Below are positions 50,067-63,368 of a DNA stretch of 64,000 nt, in pieces; positions within the stretch are counted from its first letter, which is position 1; each line of letters opens with the position of its first letter. Under the pieces are notes generated by a model. It ran no database searches. It had not been told where the DNA came from and saw only the letters and a program-made list of their open reading frames with translations. Both the position numbers and the translations under genes were made by a program. Origin of the DNA: Macrostomum hystrix (Eukaryota > Animalia > Platyhelminthes). Location of the stretch: the NCBI GenBank assembly GCA_950097015.1, contig CATNEN010000003.1, positions 6,138,001 through 6,202,000 on the forward strand, given 5' to 3'.

Positions 50067-53000
50067 CCATCCTCAGCGCCGCAATCCGGCACCGCTGGTG
50101 TCCAGCTATTCGTTAACGGTTCTGAGAGTTCAGCCAATGTCAACCCAGGCAGCAACTGTCAACAGTTTCAATGGAGTCACGACTTCGGCAGCGGAGTTGT
50201 GTACAGCCTGACGGAGCTGCTGCCCATTCCACTTCCTGGCGTCGTGACAGTCGAAGATCTACTTCCAGTGCTGGCATCGTGGCATCGTTTGCCTATATTT
50301 GTTTGGCCCCAGCTGCGAGCTGATCTTGTTGAATTTGTTGCCAAAGCTCGGACAAGGTATTTTGATTGGCAATGCGAGCACAGACAGACTGCCACTGCTG
50401 CTGCTCTGCGAAACGATCCGGGAGCTATTGACTCACCCGATGTTATTGAGCAGATCTGCAGTGAATTTCGACTTGTCAAAGTTAGTTGAACCACTTTCAC
50501 TTCATTACCCACTGCCTCACTTCATTCCCCACAGCCTCACTTCATTCTCAACTGCCTCACTTCATTCCCCACTGCTTCACTTCATTCCCCACTGCCTCAC
50601 TTCATTCCCCACTGCCTCACTTCATTCCCCACTGCCTCACTTCATTCCACACAGCCTCACTTCATTCCACACAGCCTCACTTCATTCCCCACAGCCTCAC
50701 TTCATTCCCAACTGCCTCACTTCATTCCAAACAGCCTCACTTCATTCCCCACTGCCTCACTTCATTCCCCACAGCCTCAATTCATTCCTCACTGCCTCAC
50801 TTCATTCCCCACAGCCCCACTTCATTCCCGACAGCCTCACTTCATTCCCCACAGCCCCACTTCATTCCCGACAGCCTCACTTCATTCCCCACAGCCTCAC
50901 TTCATTCCCAACTGCCTCACTTCATTCCACACAGCCTCACTTCATTCCCCACAGCCTCACTTCATTCCCCACAGCCTCAATTCATTCCTCACTGCCTCAC
51001 TTCATTCCCCACAGCCTCACTTCATTCCCCACAGCCTCACTTCATTCCCAACTGCCTCACTTCATTCCACACAGCCTCACTTCATTTCCCACTGCCTCAC
51101 TTCATTCCCCACAGCCTAACTTCATTCCTCACTGCCTCACTTAATTCCCCACAGCCTCACTTCATTCCCGACAGCCTCACTTCATTCCCCACAGCCTCAC
51201 TTCATTCCCAACTGCCTCACTTCATTCCACACAGCCTCACTTCATTCCCCACTGCCTCACTTCATTCCCCACAGCCTAACTTCATTCCTCACTGCCTCAC
51301 TTAATTCCCCACAGCCTCACTTCATTCCCGACAGCCTCACTTCATTCCCCACAGCCTCACTTCATTCCCCACAGCCTCACTTCATTCCACACAGCCTCAC
51401 TTCATTCCCCACTGCCTCACTTCATTCCCCACAGCCTCACTTCATTCCACACAGCCTCACTTCATTCCACACAGCCTCACTTCATTCCCCACAGCCTAAC
51501 TTCATTCCCCACAGCCTAACTTCATTCCCCACTGCCTCACTTCATTCCCCACAGCCTCACTTCATTCCCAACTGCCTCACTTCATTCCACACAGCCTCAC
51601 TTCATTCCCCACTGCCTCACTTCATTCCCCACAGCCTAACTTCATTCCTCACTGCCTCACTTAATTCCCCACAGCCTCACTTCATTCCCGACAGCCTCAC
51701 TTCATTCCCCACAGCCTCACTTCATTCCCCACAGCCTCACTTCATTCCACACAGCCTCACTTCATTCCCCACTGCCTCACTTCATTCCCCACAGCCTAAC
51801 TTCATTCCTCACTGCCTCACTTAATTCCCCACAGCCTCACTTCATTCCCGACAGCCTCACTTCATTCCCCACAGCCTCACTTCATTCCCCACAGCCTCAC
51901 TTCATTCCACACAGCCTCACTTCATTCCACACAGCCTCACTTCATTCCCCACAGCCTAACTTCATTCCCCACAGCCTAACTTCATTCCCCACTGCCTCAC
52001 TTCATTCCCCACAGCCTCACTTCATTCCCCACAGCCTCACTTCATTCTCTAAAGCATCTGATATTCTAAGAAGCACAATTGAAAACTACAAAAATTGCAG
52101 ACCTATCCTAAATTAGTCCAACCTGCTGGCTCGCAAGCAAATCACGATGATCAGCAGCAGCAGCAACAAACTACTGATTCAGTCTCATCTTCCTCCCTAT
52201 CGCCTACAACTATTCATCAATCTCAGTCTCAGGACTCGATCAGCATTGGCGCCGGCTCCATCGCTTCATCCAACACTGTGGTCGACGAACGCTCAGAATT
52301 TCGTCGATCCTATCTACAATTGTTGAATTCAACAGCACCCGGCAAAGCTGCTAGATTGATTCGAATTGAACGCGCCATGGCTAAACAGGTGGCCGAATTA
52401 TTGGCTAGCGCTGGTAGGGCTATGAAAGAATTGTCAGCTAAACAGCAGGCCGTGATGGAGGAGGCAGTTGCGCAGAGTGGCAATCTATACTCTGGTCAGT
52501 TATATTGAACATTATTGTTTTAAAATTGAACTTAATATTTTTAGTGTAATTTCTTGATGTCTTGATGTAGCAATTGAAGTTTTTTTTCAATTGCTTTTTC
52601 AATAATTTTGTAAGGTCTTATGAGAAAAATCTTACCTTACGCCAGAACCATTGAATATCTCGACAGTCTGAAGAGCTGGCGACTTGATTATGGCAACAAA
52701 AGTTTGGCCAGAAAGTTTCTGAGTTCTACTGTAAATTTGCCTAGGTTTAACTTCTATTTACGAGTATATATCAATCTAAGGTACACTGTTGTCAGTAGCA
52801 ATAATAGGAAATAATCCTTAAATATAATTTTAAAAAACTACGCTGCGTTCATTTATCCAGACTACGCTACTGTCAGTAGAAATATATGAAAAAACGTGTT
52901 TTTTCTCATTTAAACATAAAACGCTGACAAAAAATTGCCAGACGAAGACATCAATCGGCTGAACGCTCAGCACGTGGCCAATCTAACTGGCGAAGCTCAG

Positions 53001-56000
53001 CGATGGCGCAACGAGCTGGTGATGCTGAAGGATCGCCAGAAGGCCGCTCATCGTCAGCTAGTAGCCTGTCAGCTGACTAGCTTAGCCGCATTGGATCCCA
53101 GACTAATGGCCGCGGCTTCCGTTGCCTCTATTGAATCGTCGGCTTCTTCAACATCGCTGGCTGGCCACTCGGCTGGCAACGAATCTAGCGACAGCATTGC
53201 CGACTTGCCCGACGATGCCGAAGATAGTTATCGCAATCCGGTCGCGTGGGAAGAGAGTTTCACAATTAGCGTTGGCACCCAGTTGAAGACGCAGCACAAT
53301 CTAAGATTGTTAAGCGCCAATTTGCAACGCCTACTGACGCCTCTGACAGCCGCTGACAGACTGCAGTCCGCTTTGAGTCTGTACTCTGATTCTTTGTCAG
53401 CATTTGTCCTGCTGTCTAGTAGAGATCAGGTAATCATAGTCGATTCTTAGTTTTCTCTTAGTAACTGAAAATGTCCTACTTTTCTAATAAAAAATATCCT
53501 TAACAAACATCTTCCTTCTCCCATCTTATCACTAATCTCCCGTTTCTATCAAAATCGCCATTTTTTCCTATTTTATCGTCTCATTTGACTCACATTCTAG
53601 GCCTGCAATCCGTACATCACGGCCACTCTGCGCTTCGGCGATCTCTGCGAAAGAAGTGCCGATTTTCATTTCGACGATTACGGCCGACAAATGGAGGCGA
53701 TATGGAGGCGAATCAATGGCCAGTAGTTTATTGATGTGGGGATCTTATGAGTGGGAACAAGAATTTTGGGATTCTATTTTGGGTGGGAATAAGAATTTGA
53801 GGATTCTATTTTGGGTGGGAATAAGAATTTGAGGGTTCTATTTTGGGTGGGAATAAGAATTTGAGGATTCTATTTTGGGTGGGAATTAGAATTTGAGGAT
53901 TCTATTTTGGGTGGGAATAAGAATTTGAGGATTCTATTTTGTGTGAGAATTAGAATTTGAGGATTCTATTTTGGGTGGGAATTAGAATTTGAGGATTCTT
54001 TTTTGAGTGGGAATAAGAAATTGAGGATTCTATTTTGAGTGGGAATTAGAATTTGAGGATTCTATTTTGGGTGGGAATTAGAATTTGAAGATAATATTTT
54101 GGGTGGGAATAAGAATTTGAGGATTCTATTTAAGGTGGGAATTAGAATTTGAGGATTCTATTTTGGGTGGGAAACAGAATTTAAGGATTCTATTTTGGGT
54201 GGGAAACAGAATTTGAGGATTCTATTTTGGGTGGGAATAAGAATTTAAGGATTCTATTTTGGGTGGGAATTAGAATTTGAGCATTCTATTTTGGGTGGGA
54301 ATTAGAATTTGAGCATTCTATTTTGGGTGGGAATAATAAATTGAGGATAATATTTTGGGTGGGAATAAGAATTTGAGGATAATATTTTGGGTGGGAATAA
54401 GAATTTGAGGATTCTATTTTGGGTGGGAATAAGAATTTGAGGATTCTATTTTGGGTGGGAACAAGAATGTTGGGATTCTATTTTGGGTGGGAATAAGAAT
54501 TTGAGGATTCTATTTTGGGTGGGAATAATAAATTGAGGATAATATTTTGGGTGGGAATAAGAATTTGAGGATTCTATTTTGGGTGGGAATAAGAATTTGA
54601 GGATTCTATTTTGGGTGGGAATAAGAATTTGAGGATTCTATTTTGGGTGGGAATTAGAATTTGAGGATTCTATTTTGGGTGGGAATTAGAATTTGAGGAT
54701 TCTATTTTGGGAGGGAATTAGAATTTGAGGATTCTATTTTGGGTGGGAATAATAAATTGAGGATAATATTTTGGGTGGGAATAAGAATTTGAGGATTCTA
54801 TTTTGGGTGGGAATAAGAATTTGAGGATTCTATTTTGGGTGGGAATTAGAATTTGAGGATTCTATTTTGGGTGGGAATTAGAATTTGAGGATTCTATTTT
54901 GGGTGGGAATAATAAATTGAGGATAATATTTTGGGTGGGAATAAGAATTTGAGGATTCTATTTTGGGTGGGAATAAGAATTTGAGGATAATATTTTGGGT
55001 GGGAATAAGAATTTGAGGATTCTATTTTGGGTGGGAATAAGAATTTGAGGATTCTATTTTGGGTGGGAATTAGAATTTGAGGATTCTATTTTGGGTGGGA
55101 ATAAGAATTTGAGGATAATATTTTGGGTGGGAACAAGAATGTTGGGATTCTATTTTGGGTGGGAATAAGAATTTGAGGATAATATTTTGGGTGGTAATAA
55201 GAATTTGAGGATAATATTTTGGGTGGGAATAAGAATTTGAGGATAATATTTTGGGTGGGAATAAGAATTTGAGGATTTTATTTTCGGTGGGAATAGGAAT
55301 TTGAGGATTCTTTTTTTAGTGGGAATAAGAACTTGAGGATTCTATTTTGGGGGGAACAAAAAATTTGGGAGTTAATTTGAGTGGGAAAAATAAATTTTGT
55401 ATTCTATTTAGATAGGAATGGAAAAATGGATCCTTTTTATTGGAAATAAGAATTTGATGCACTATTTAAGTTGAATTAAAATTGGGATCATATTTTCGAT
55501 TTGGATTTGAGAATTTAGCCTATTACTTACATGGGATTAATATTTGGGGATCTATTTATATAGAAAAAAATGTATTTTTTAGATTCTAATTTAGAGATAG
55601 CAAATATAACGTTTTTTCACCTCTTTTATTTAGAGAACAACTCAATCGTTGGCAGCAGCAGCAGCAGCAGCAGCATAATCACTAAGCCCTCAGTTGGTGA
55701 CGTGTTCATCACTCGTCACTCAAATCTAAACGGTGCACAATTAGTATTTCACCTAGTTACCGAGTCGGGAGATTGTCCCGAGTTAACTTCCCAGCATCCG
55801 GTCATTGCTCAAGGTCTCAGGCGAATTGTTAGGACAGCATTGGCTCACGATGTGAACTGTCTAACACTGCCATTGTTGCTAACCAATCAGCTGTCGGAGC
55901 ACATGACCATCAGCTGGTGCCAGAGGCGAGCTGAGCTAGTGCTGAAGACAATCAAAGGCTTCCTAGTCGAGTACATCACTTGGCAGAGTCATCGAACGCC

Positions 56001-56118
56001 TCGGTGTTTTCAATTTCTAGTTCCAGCCGGCCTGTCTGAATCTATGCTGCAGTCATTCAGCTGCTGCATTCAATCCATATTCAGTCTGAGCAATGTGGCG
56101 CTGATGAAGTCCAATTAA
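50067..56118 (+). CDS. C12orf4: C12orf4 / FERRY endosomal RAB5 effector complex subunit 3 homologue (DUF2362)
   Basis: Exons 50067-50480, 52101-52494, 52942-53429, 53601-53718(?), 55634-56118; EESFTI.VGTQLKTQHNLRL, ADRLQSALSLYS..LS..VLL, DFHF, GDVFITRHSNL....LVFHLV, WC.RRAELVLK.IKGFL; no ATG at the 5' end. Confidence 0.88.
50495..52050. repeat. 20-bp minisatellite in C12orf4 intron 1
   Basis: TTCATTCCCCACAGCCTCAC array. Confidence 0.95.
53750..55350. repeat. 32-bp minisatellite in C12orf4 intron 4
   Basis: GAATTTGAGGATTCTATTTTGGGTGGGAATAA array. Confidence 0.95.
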
Positions 56119-56539
56119 CAATACATTCGTGGATTTGACATCAATTTTCTGTTTTGTTTTTATCTACGAGCGTAGAAATTTAATCCAATAGGTTTTGGAA
56201 TTACAAATCTATAATTAATTGATTGATTGATTAAAACTACTGCTCGCTTTCTATCCTAAATTGATAAAATATGTTGATTATGATTAAAAGCAACAATAAA
56301 TATTTTATCCTATAAATAAACAAAATGTTTTTGAAAAATTAATTGTTTTACTTTTCTGATTCAGAATAGCTTTTCTTGTGTGTTCTGTTAGTCTTTTTAT
56401 TACCAAAACTTCAACTATTATAACAATTTCATTAAATCCGTTAATTCTCATTGTTTCTTAATTTCACTTTTAACTGTCCCAAATCCTTAAATCACATAGC
56501 AAGTCTTCTCAATTCCTCTAATCAAAAAATGCCACATAA

Positions 56540-57310
56540 AACTATCCCACATCCTCAAATCCCACATTAAATCATTCCGTATCCTTAAATCCCACATTAA
56601 ATCATCCCAGATCCTCAAATCCCACATTAAATCATCCCAGATCCTCAAATCCCACATTATATCATCCCAGATACTTTAATTCTACATTAAATCATCCCAG
56701 ATCCTCAAATCCCACATTAAATCATCCCAGATCCTCAAATCCCACATTAAATCATCCCAGATCCTCAAATCCCACATTAAATCATTCCAGATCCTCAAAT
56801 CCCACATTAAATCATTCCAGATCATCAAATCCCACATTATATTATCCCAGATCCTCAAATCCAACATTAAGTTATCCCAGATCCTCAAATCCCACATTAA
56901 ATCATCCCAGATCCTCAAATCCCACATTAAATCATTCCAGATCCTCAAATCCCACATTAAATCATCCCAGATCCTCAAATCCCACATTATATCATCCCAG
57001 ATCCTCAAATCCCACATTAAATCATCCGAGATCCTCAAATACCACATTAAATCATCCCAGATCCTCAAATCCCACATTAAATCATCCCAGATCCTCAAAT
57101 CCCACATTAAATCATCCCAGATCCTCAAATCCCACATTAAATCATTCCAGATCCTCAAATCCTACATTAAATCATCCCAGATCCTCAAATCCCACATAAA
57201 ATCATTCCAGATCCTCAAATCCCACATAAAATCATTCCAGATCCTCAAATACCACATTATATTATCCCAGATCCTCAAATCCAACATTAAGTTATCCCAG
57301 ATCCTCTAAT
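56540..57310. repeat. 30-bp intergenic minisatellite
   Basis: ATCCTCAAATCCCACATTAAATCATCCCAG array. Confidence 0.95.
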
Positions 57311-57497
57311 CCCATTACTTTCACTTATCACAATCACCAGATCTCACGTCCAGTCACCCCCAGATCCTTAATTACCAGCTAAAAATAATCCCCAGATTCT
57401 CGAAGTTACCAGAATTTTTCTTCTTAACTCTTGATACTAAACTACGCAATTTAATGTCACTATTATTTACTTAACTAATTAGTTTTTTACATTTCAG

Positions 57498-58247
57498 TCT
57501 CTTCAACGCCTAGCAACTTTGACAACCAGCGGTTGTCGCCATCTATGGCGGCATCACAGCAGCCGCACTCCATCATCAGTTCTGTTCACTTCTATTTCAC
57601 GAGCCAATCTGAATCAGCTACAGCGCTTTCATCTCCCGTCGAGTTCGTTTTCATCGTCGTCCACCACAGGGCGTCAGTTGACAGATGGCGAGCAGCAGAT
57701 CGAGTCTGCTCTGCGCTCGGCATTTCCCGGCACACGATCTGTCACGGTTGAAGACGTCAGCGGAGGCTGCGGACAGATGTACCAGGTGGGCTTCTAAGGG
57801 TGGGCCTATAGTTGCGTTTTTTTGCCACCAGACACCCTAGACAACGAGAATCGTTGAATATCTTGATGATGCCGACCCACAGGAAAATGTGGGTATTCGA
57901 AATCCCCTGCTAAAAATAGCCCTGACGTCACTTATACGGGAAAATTGTATGACAGGCAGATTTGCAGCTAAAAATAGAACATGACTCATCAGTGCAATTA
58001 AGCAGGCACAATGTCCTGTCCTGGATCACATGAGGCTGTCTTAAGTTCTATAAATTTCATTTGGCACTCTTCCGCCTGCGTTCAGGTGCGCATCTGTGCG
58101 GAAGAATTTCGTGGGGCTCGAACCCTGGCGCAGCATCGGATGGTAAAGTCCGCACTAGCTGGCTACATAGCCAACATGCACGGCCTCTCAATCGACACGG
58201 AACCGCCGCCAGAAGATGCTACTGATTCTGGTATTATCAAGAAGTGA
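57498..58247 (+). CDS. BOLA3: BolA-like protein 3, mitochondrial
   Basis: Exons 57498-57785 and 58086-58247; GEQQI...L...FP.....VEDVSGGCGQMYQV.I.AEEFRG.RTL.QHRMV..AL...I.NMHGLSI.T; presequence-like N-terminus without genomic ATG. Confidence 0.9.
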
Positions 58248-59159
58248 ATCCGGTTTATTTTTACTTTCGACTTTATTGCGTTTTCTCTGGAAATTGATCA
58301 TAAAATTGTTGTAAATTGCTCAGGCCGTGCTCCTATCTCAATAATTGGTTAGCTTTTAAGCTACTATTAGTAGCAGAAAACAGATATTATGTCGATTTTA
58401 ATGTAGTGTTAAAAGTCTAATGTTTTTAAGCTAAAACTACTGATAGTAGTATGGTTCTAACTCATTAAAACTATTAGTAGTATGAAACATCCAATCAGGC
58501 CATTTTTACCTAGTTTATATCATGCCACCTTCAGTATATACCTGTTTGACTACTTATATATGTAAGTAGTTTGATGAAGATAATAAAGTTTCAAAATATA
58601 TACATTTTTAAATGAAATTCGACTTGTTTATTTGTTTTCTTCGGGGGTTAAAATTTATTTATTAGAAATTGTGCGTCTAATAGTTTGATGTGCATTGTCA
58701 AGTAGCAGTTGTTGAATAAACAAAAATTCACATATAAGTCAAATAATTCGTATTTAACTAATTATATTCCTAAACGAGTTTTCATAGCGACCAAAAAGCA
58801 GAATAAATGACAATTTGCGAAAAAAAATATAAAGATGACAATTTTACTATCTTGAAATAAGGGTTAGTAATGAACATTAGATTCCTAATATGGGTATATC
58901 AGGTAACAGTGTGGTTAGGCATAGTTAGATTAATGACAATCAGATTATCGTTAATAAAATATTCTAATCTAATCTAGTGCTGTTTTGAATTCCTTCGATT
59001 GCCGAAAAAATGATTGACATCTCCAATTTCAATTCCAACATCCAATTACTTTAATGTAATTGAACAGTATCTTTTTTTAAAGAAGAATTTTACCTAAATC
59101 AGATCATGTTACACATTTCATGGCTTGTCTAACTGTATTGTTACATTGTCTCTTTGAAA

Positions 59160-59548
59160 ATTGACATTCGCACCTTAAGAATTCACATCGGCCATTTGAG
59201 AATCGACATCCGCACCTTGAGAATCGACACCCGCTCTTTGAGAATCGACATCCGCTCTTTGAGAATCGACACCCGCTCTTTGAGAATCGACATCCGCTCT
59301 TTGACAATCGACATCCGCTCTTTGAGAATCGACATCTGCTCTTTGAGAATCGACATCCGCTCTTTGAGAATCGACACCCGCTCTTTGAGAATCGAAATTC
59401 GCTCTTTGAGAATCGACACCCGCTATTTGAGAATCGTCATCCGCTCTTTGAGAATCGACATCCGCTCTTTGAGAATCGACATCCGCTCTTTGAGAATCGA
59501 CACACGCTCTTTGAGAATCGACATCCGCTCTTTGAGAATCGACATCCA
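59160..59548. repeat. 21-bp minisatellite
   Basis: TTGAGAATCGACATCCGCTCT array. Confidence 0.95.
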
Positions 59549-59743
59549 CTTTTGGAGTGACACCCACTTGTCTTCCTAAGCTTCTTGAAAATCCATTTGA
59601 GTAGCGATAAATTTGGCATAAAATTCATTAAAAATATAAAATCAGTTTCTGCACTTATTTGAGTATAACATAATCAAGCAACATATAGGTTCATTGTGCG
59701 GTCATAAGTTTGAAATCAAATCAGAAGTCTACATTGGTAGACC

Positions 59744-62238
59744 TTACTTGTCTCGCATAACGGCCTGCTGCTGATGAGGCGGATGCTGTGGTGTCTGTGG
59801 GCCTGACTGCTGCCAACCGGCATTGTGCCGGTGCCTGTTTGCCAGCTGCTGCTGCTGCTGCTGATCAGCGCCTGCTGAGCTGTAGACTCCAGAATCTCGA
59901 CTATCAATTGACGAAGAAGCGATGGCTCGTTGGGCGGAGGCGCCGACAGCTGGGGTCGGGCCAGCAACTCCGTCATAACCGGCGTCCTTTCGCGAGATGC
60001 TGATCTGATAGCTGAACAGCTGCTTCTCCAGGCTGTAGTTCTCCGACTGCAGGGCGGCAACCTCGCGGCTGTTGATTGGTTGAGACGAGATTTGATTAAA
60101 AGGCTATGTCCATGAATTCGTATTGTATCTACATTAACTGGGTATTCGTAAAATGTTTGCGAAAGGAAGAGAGATCTACGAGATTTCGTACAATAAATTT
60201 CTCCCTTCATCTCTCTTTTCCTTTACATCCTCTCCTATCTTTGTCTCTCCTCTCTCCTCTCTCTCTCCCTTTCTTATTCTCTCTCACATTCCTAATTGCA
60301 AAATCGCAATCAAATGATCCGACAAAATGAATTAAGAAATTACAATTTGATCTCTCCTTAGCCTGTCAGATAGAAAGCTTTCAATGCGTAACTAATATTT
60401 AAAACGGAACATGAAATTGGAAATTAGATTTGTGTCGGTAGAGAAAAAATGCTTTTATCGTTTTTAGTAAGAAAATTAAACTCAACCTAGGCCTCAGTGT
60501 GTATTTCAGTTTGGAATAGTTAATTACACACGCCTCATTGCGCCATTTTGTTATAACAAAAAATACTGGGCCACCTACCATAATAAGTCTGCGATTCCTC
60601 TTCGTCAATTTTAATTCCCCAGTCGCATTGGCACCAATTAAGAATGCCCAGATGCATTATTATTCTTTTATCCCCACTAAATTCTCCCTTCTCTTACAAC
60701 ACCCCCTGATTCTGTTGGCCTTAATGGCGCACTCCCGGGTCTCTATAGCGCCTGGCTATATTTCCTGCAGCTCCCACTCTTTAATCTTTCTGCTTCGCTT
60801 TTGCTTCTGGTGCTGGCATCGAGTTTATTTCTGATGAGAAATCTGGGGTTAGAGAGAGCAGAAAGGCTTACCCTGTGCTTTTAATGCATGATCCTTGACT
60901 CTGGCAATCGCTTCTGTTCTAATATAAAAGAGTGTTTTAGCTGCGATTCTAGCCGCGATTCTAGCTGCGATTCTAGCTAGCTGTCATTCTAGCTTCGATT
61001 CTAGCTGCGATTCTAGCTGCGATTCTAGCTAGCTGTCATTCTAGCTTAGATTCTAGCTGCGATTCTAGCTAAGATTCTAGCTAGCTGTCATTCTAGCTTC
61101 GATTCTAGCTACGATTCTAGCTACGATTCTAACTGCGATTCTAACTTTGGTTCTAGCTAGCTGTCATTCTAGCTTAGATTCGAGCTACGATTCTAACTTT
61201 GATTCTAGCTGCGATTCTAGCTTTGATTCTAACTTTGATTCTAGCTGCGATTCTAACTTTGATTCTAGCTTCGATTCTAGCTTTGATTCTAGCTAGCTGT
61301 TATTCTAGCTTCGATTCTAGCTTCAGTTCTAGCTTCGATTCTAGCTAGCTGTCATTCTAGCTTCGATTCTAGCTGCGATTCTAGCTTCAGTTCTAGCTGC
61401 GATTCTAGCTAGCTGTCATTCTAGCTTCGATTCTAGCTTCGATTCTAGCTGCGATTCTAGCTTCAGTTCTAGCTGCGATTCTAGCTAGCTGTCATTCTAG
61501 CTTAGATTCGAGCTACGATTCTAACTTTGATTCTAGCTTCGATTATAGCTTCGATTCTAGCTTCGATTCTTGCTTCGATTCTAACTTCGATTCTAGCTAG
61601 CTGTCATTCTAGCTTCGATTCTAGCTTCGATTCTAGCTGCGATTCTAGCTTCAGTTCTAGCTGCGATTCTAGCTAGCTGTCATTCTAGCTTAGATTCGAG
61701 CTACGATTCTAACTTTGATTCTAGCTTCGATTATAGCTTCGATTCTACTTGCTTCGATTCTAGCTAGCTGTCATTCTAGCTTCGATTCTAGCTGCGATTC
61801 TAGCTTCGATTCGAGCTTCGGTTATACCTTCGATTCTACCCTCGATTATAGCTTCGATTCTAGCTTCGATTCTAGCTAGCTGTCATTCTAGCTTCGATTC
61901 GAGCTACGATTCCAACTTTGATTCTAGCTTCGGTTATACCTTCGATTCTACCCTCGATTCTAGCTTTCTAGCTTCTATTCTTGCTTCGATTCTAGCTGCG
62001 ATTCTAGCTAGCTGTCATTCGAGCTTCGATTCTAGCTTCGATTCCAGCTTGATTCCAGCTGCCATTCTTTGGCTACATCTAGCAGTTGCTCTCACCTCAT
62101 TTGATGCTTGTGCAGTCTCGACACATCGTCGTAGTGATGATAAAAGTCCTGATAGAGCAGATGCGAATGCAACCACTCGATCTGGGCTGTCAGGTAGCCA
62201 GTTTCCCGCTCGGTGTAGCCTCCGGAATTGTCGCAGAT
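59744..62238 (-). CDS. Uncharacterised coiled-coil protein (two exons; 5' end uncertain)
   Basis: 62238-62096 (ICDNSGGYTERETGYLTAQIEWLHSHLLYQ...HKHQM) joins in phase 2 to 60068-59744 (SREVAALQSENYSLEKQLFSYQISISRK...stop); good splice sites, coding-like GC. Confidence 0.6.
60935..62058. repeat. 12/16-bp compound minisatellite (TTCTAGCTTCGA family), intronic
   Basis: Repeats of GATTCTAGCTTC / GATTCTAGCTAGCTGTCA. Confidence 0.9.
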
Positions 62239-63194
62239 CTGGGGGTCAGAAAAACCATAGATTTTTTTAACGACTATTTCATGGGCTTGCAGCTCGCACT
62301 GAGAGTTAAAAAATTGTTATATAGCGTTAACTGTGTTAAGCGGGAAATTTAGAAAGATTACGAATATCTTTATTGGATATAGCTCGTACAAGAAGCCCAT
62401 GTGTATTGAAAAGTTGACTGTAGCTCAACCGAAATGTATTGAAAAGCATACTTTACCAAGCCGATGTGTATCGAAAGATTATTTTACCACGCTGATATGC
62501 ATTGAAAAAAAACACATTTTAGCCAGCCTATATGTATCGAAAAAACTGATTTTACCATAACTATATATGCATTGAAAAGCATTAAAGCCAAAAATGTTAC
62601 TCAGTCGAAATGTATTGATAAAGTATATATAAGTCCACGGAGTTTAGAAATAAAATTTAATGTAATCTGTACAGCCATACAGGCAGGTGACGTTTGTATG
62701 TACACAGATGAAGCGAAGACTGTATTAGCTTCATCATCGAGAGAAAAGAAAATTATGCAAAGAAGAAACTGTAAATAGACGATGCACAAACAAGAAATTT
62801 TTACCAAATATTTACTAAACGCCGGTTCGTGATTTTCTCTTAAATTTTTTTGGAAAAATCTCATTATAAAAATAACATTTGACTCGACAAGATTTCCGAC
62901 TGTATAAAATACATTGTAGAAACAATTTTTTGTTTAAATTAATTGTTTCGTTACGTTTTTTACAAAAAAATGAAATTAAACTAATTCAATTAAGATTAAA
63001 AAGTATTATCCTACTTATGAATATTTCTGCATACATAAAATAGTAGCGACTAACGCTAGTATTTATAATATCGTTACATAATCAATTTAGACTTTATAAG
63101 TCATAATAGTTTGCACTATTGCGGGATGTGACTCTGACATAGCCTCAGTTTACTTTCCAGTTCAGCCTAACACTCTCCCAACAGCTGAAATCAG

Positions 63195-63368
63195 TCACTC
63201 TGCTTTTGTCAAATATTTGCGCGAAGCAGCAGCAGCAGCAGCAGCAGCAGCAGTGCTGCATGCTCGCTCAATACAGCTATATAAATCGTTGCTTCCACTA
63301 GAGATCGATCCAGATTTTTCTGTTTGGCAGGTAGCTAAAGGCAGAATTTGAGCTGAGAAGGTTGAAAT
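63195..63368 (-). CDS. Probable terminal exon of an upstream gene outside the window
   Basis: TATCAG acceptor, then open frame ISTFSAQILPLATCQTEK...AAAAAAAAASRKYLTKAE stop. Confidence 0.35.
   Translation of the reverse strand: MSTFSAQILPLATCQTEKSGSISSGSNDLYSCIERACSTAAAAAAAAASRKYLTKAE

Noticed and set aside
48660-51304. His/Pro-rich repetitive ORFs (WHRHHPKSPN, PHFIPHSLTS)
   Set aside because: Minisatellite translations open in several frames and on both strands
59716-60210. 164-aa minus-strand ORF from the track
   Set aside because: A different frame of the same strand gives the more protein-like coiled coil and matches the upstream exon's phase
60750-60920. Possible extra exons of the minus-strand coiled-coil gene
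   Set aside because: No splice-phase combination joined them to both neighbouring exons without a stop
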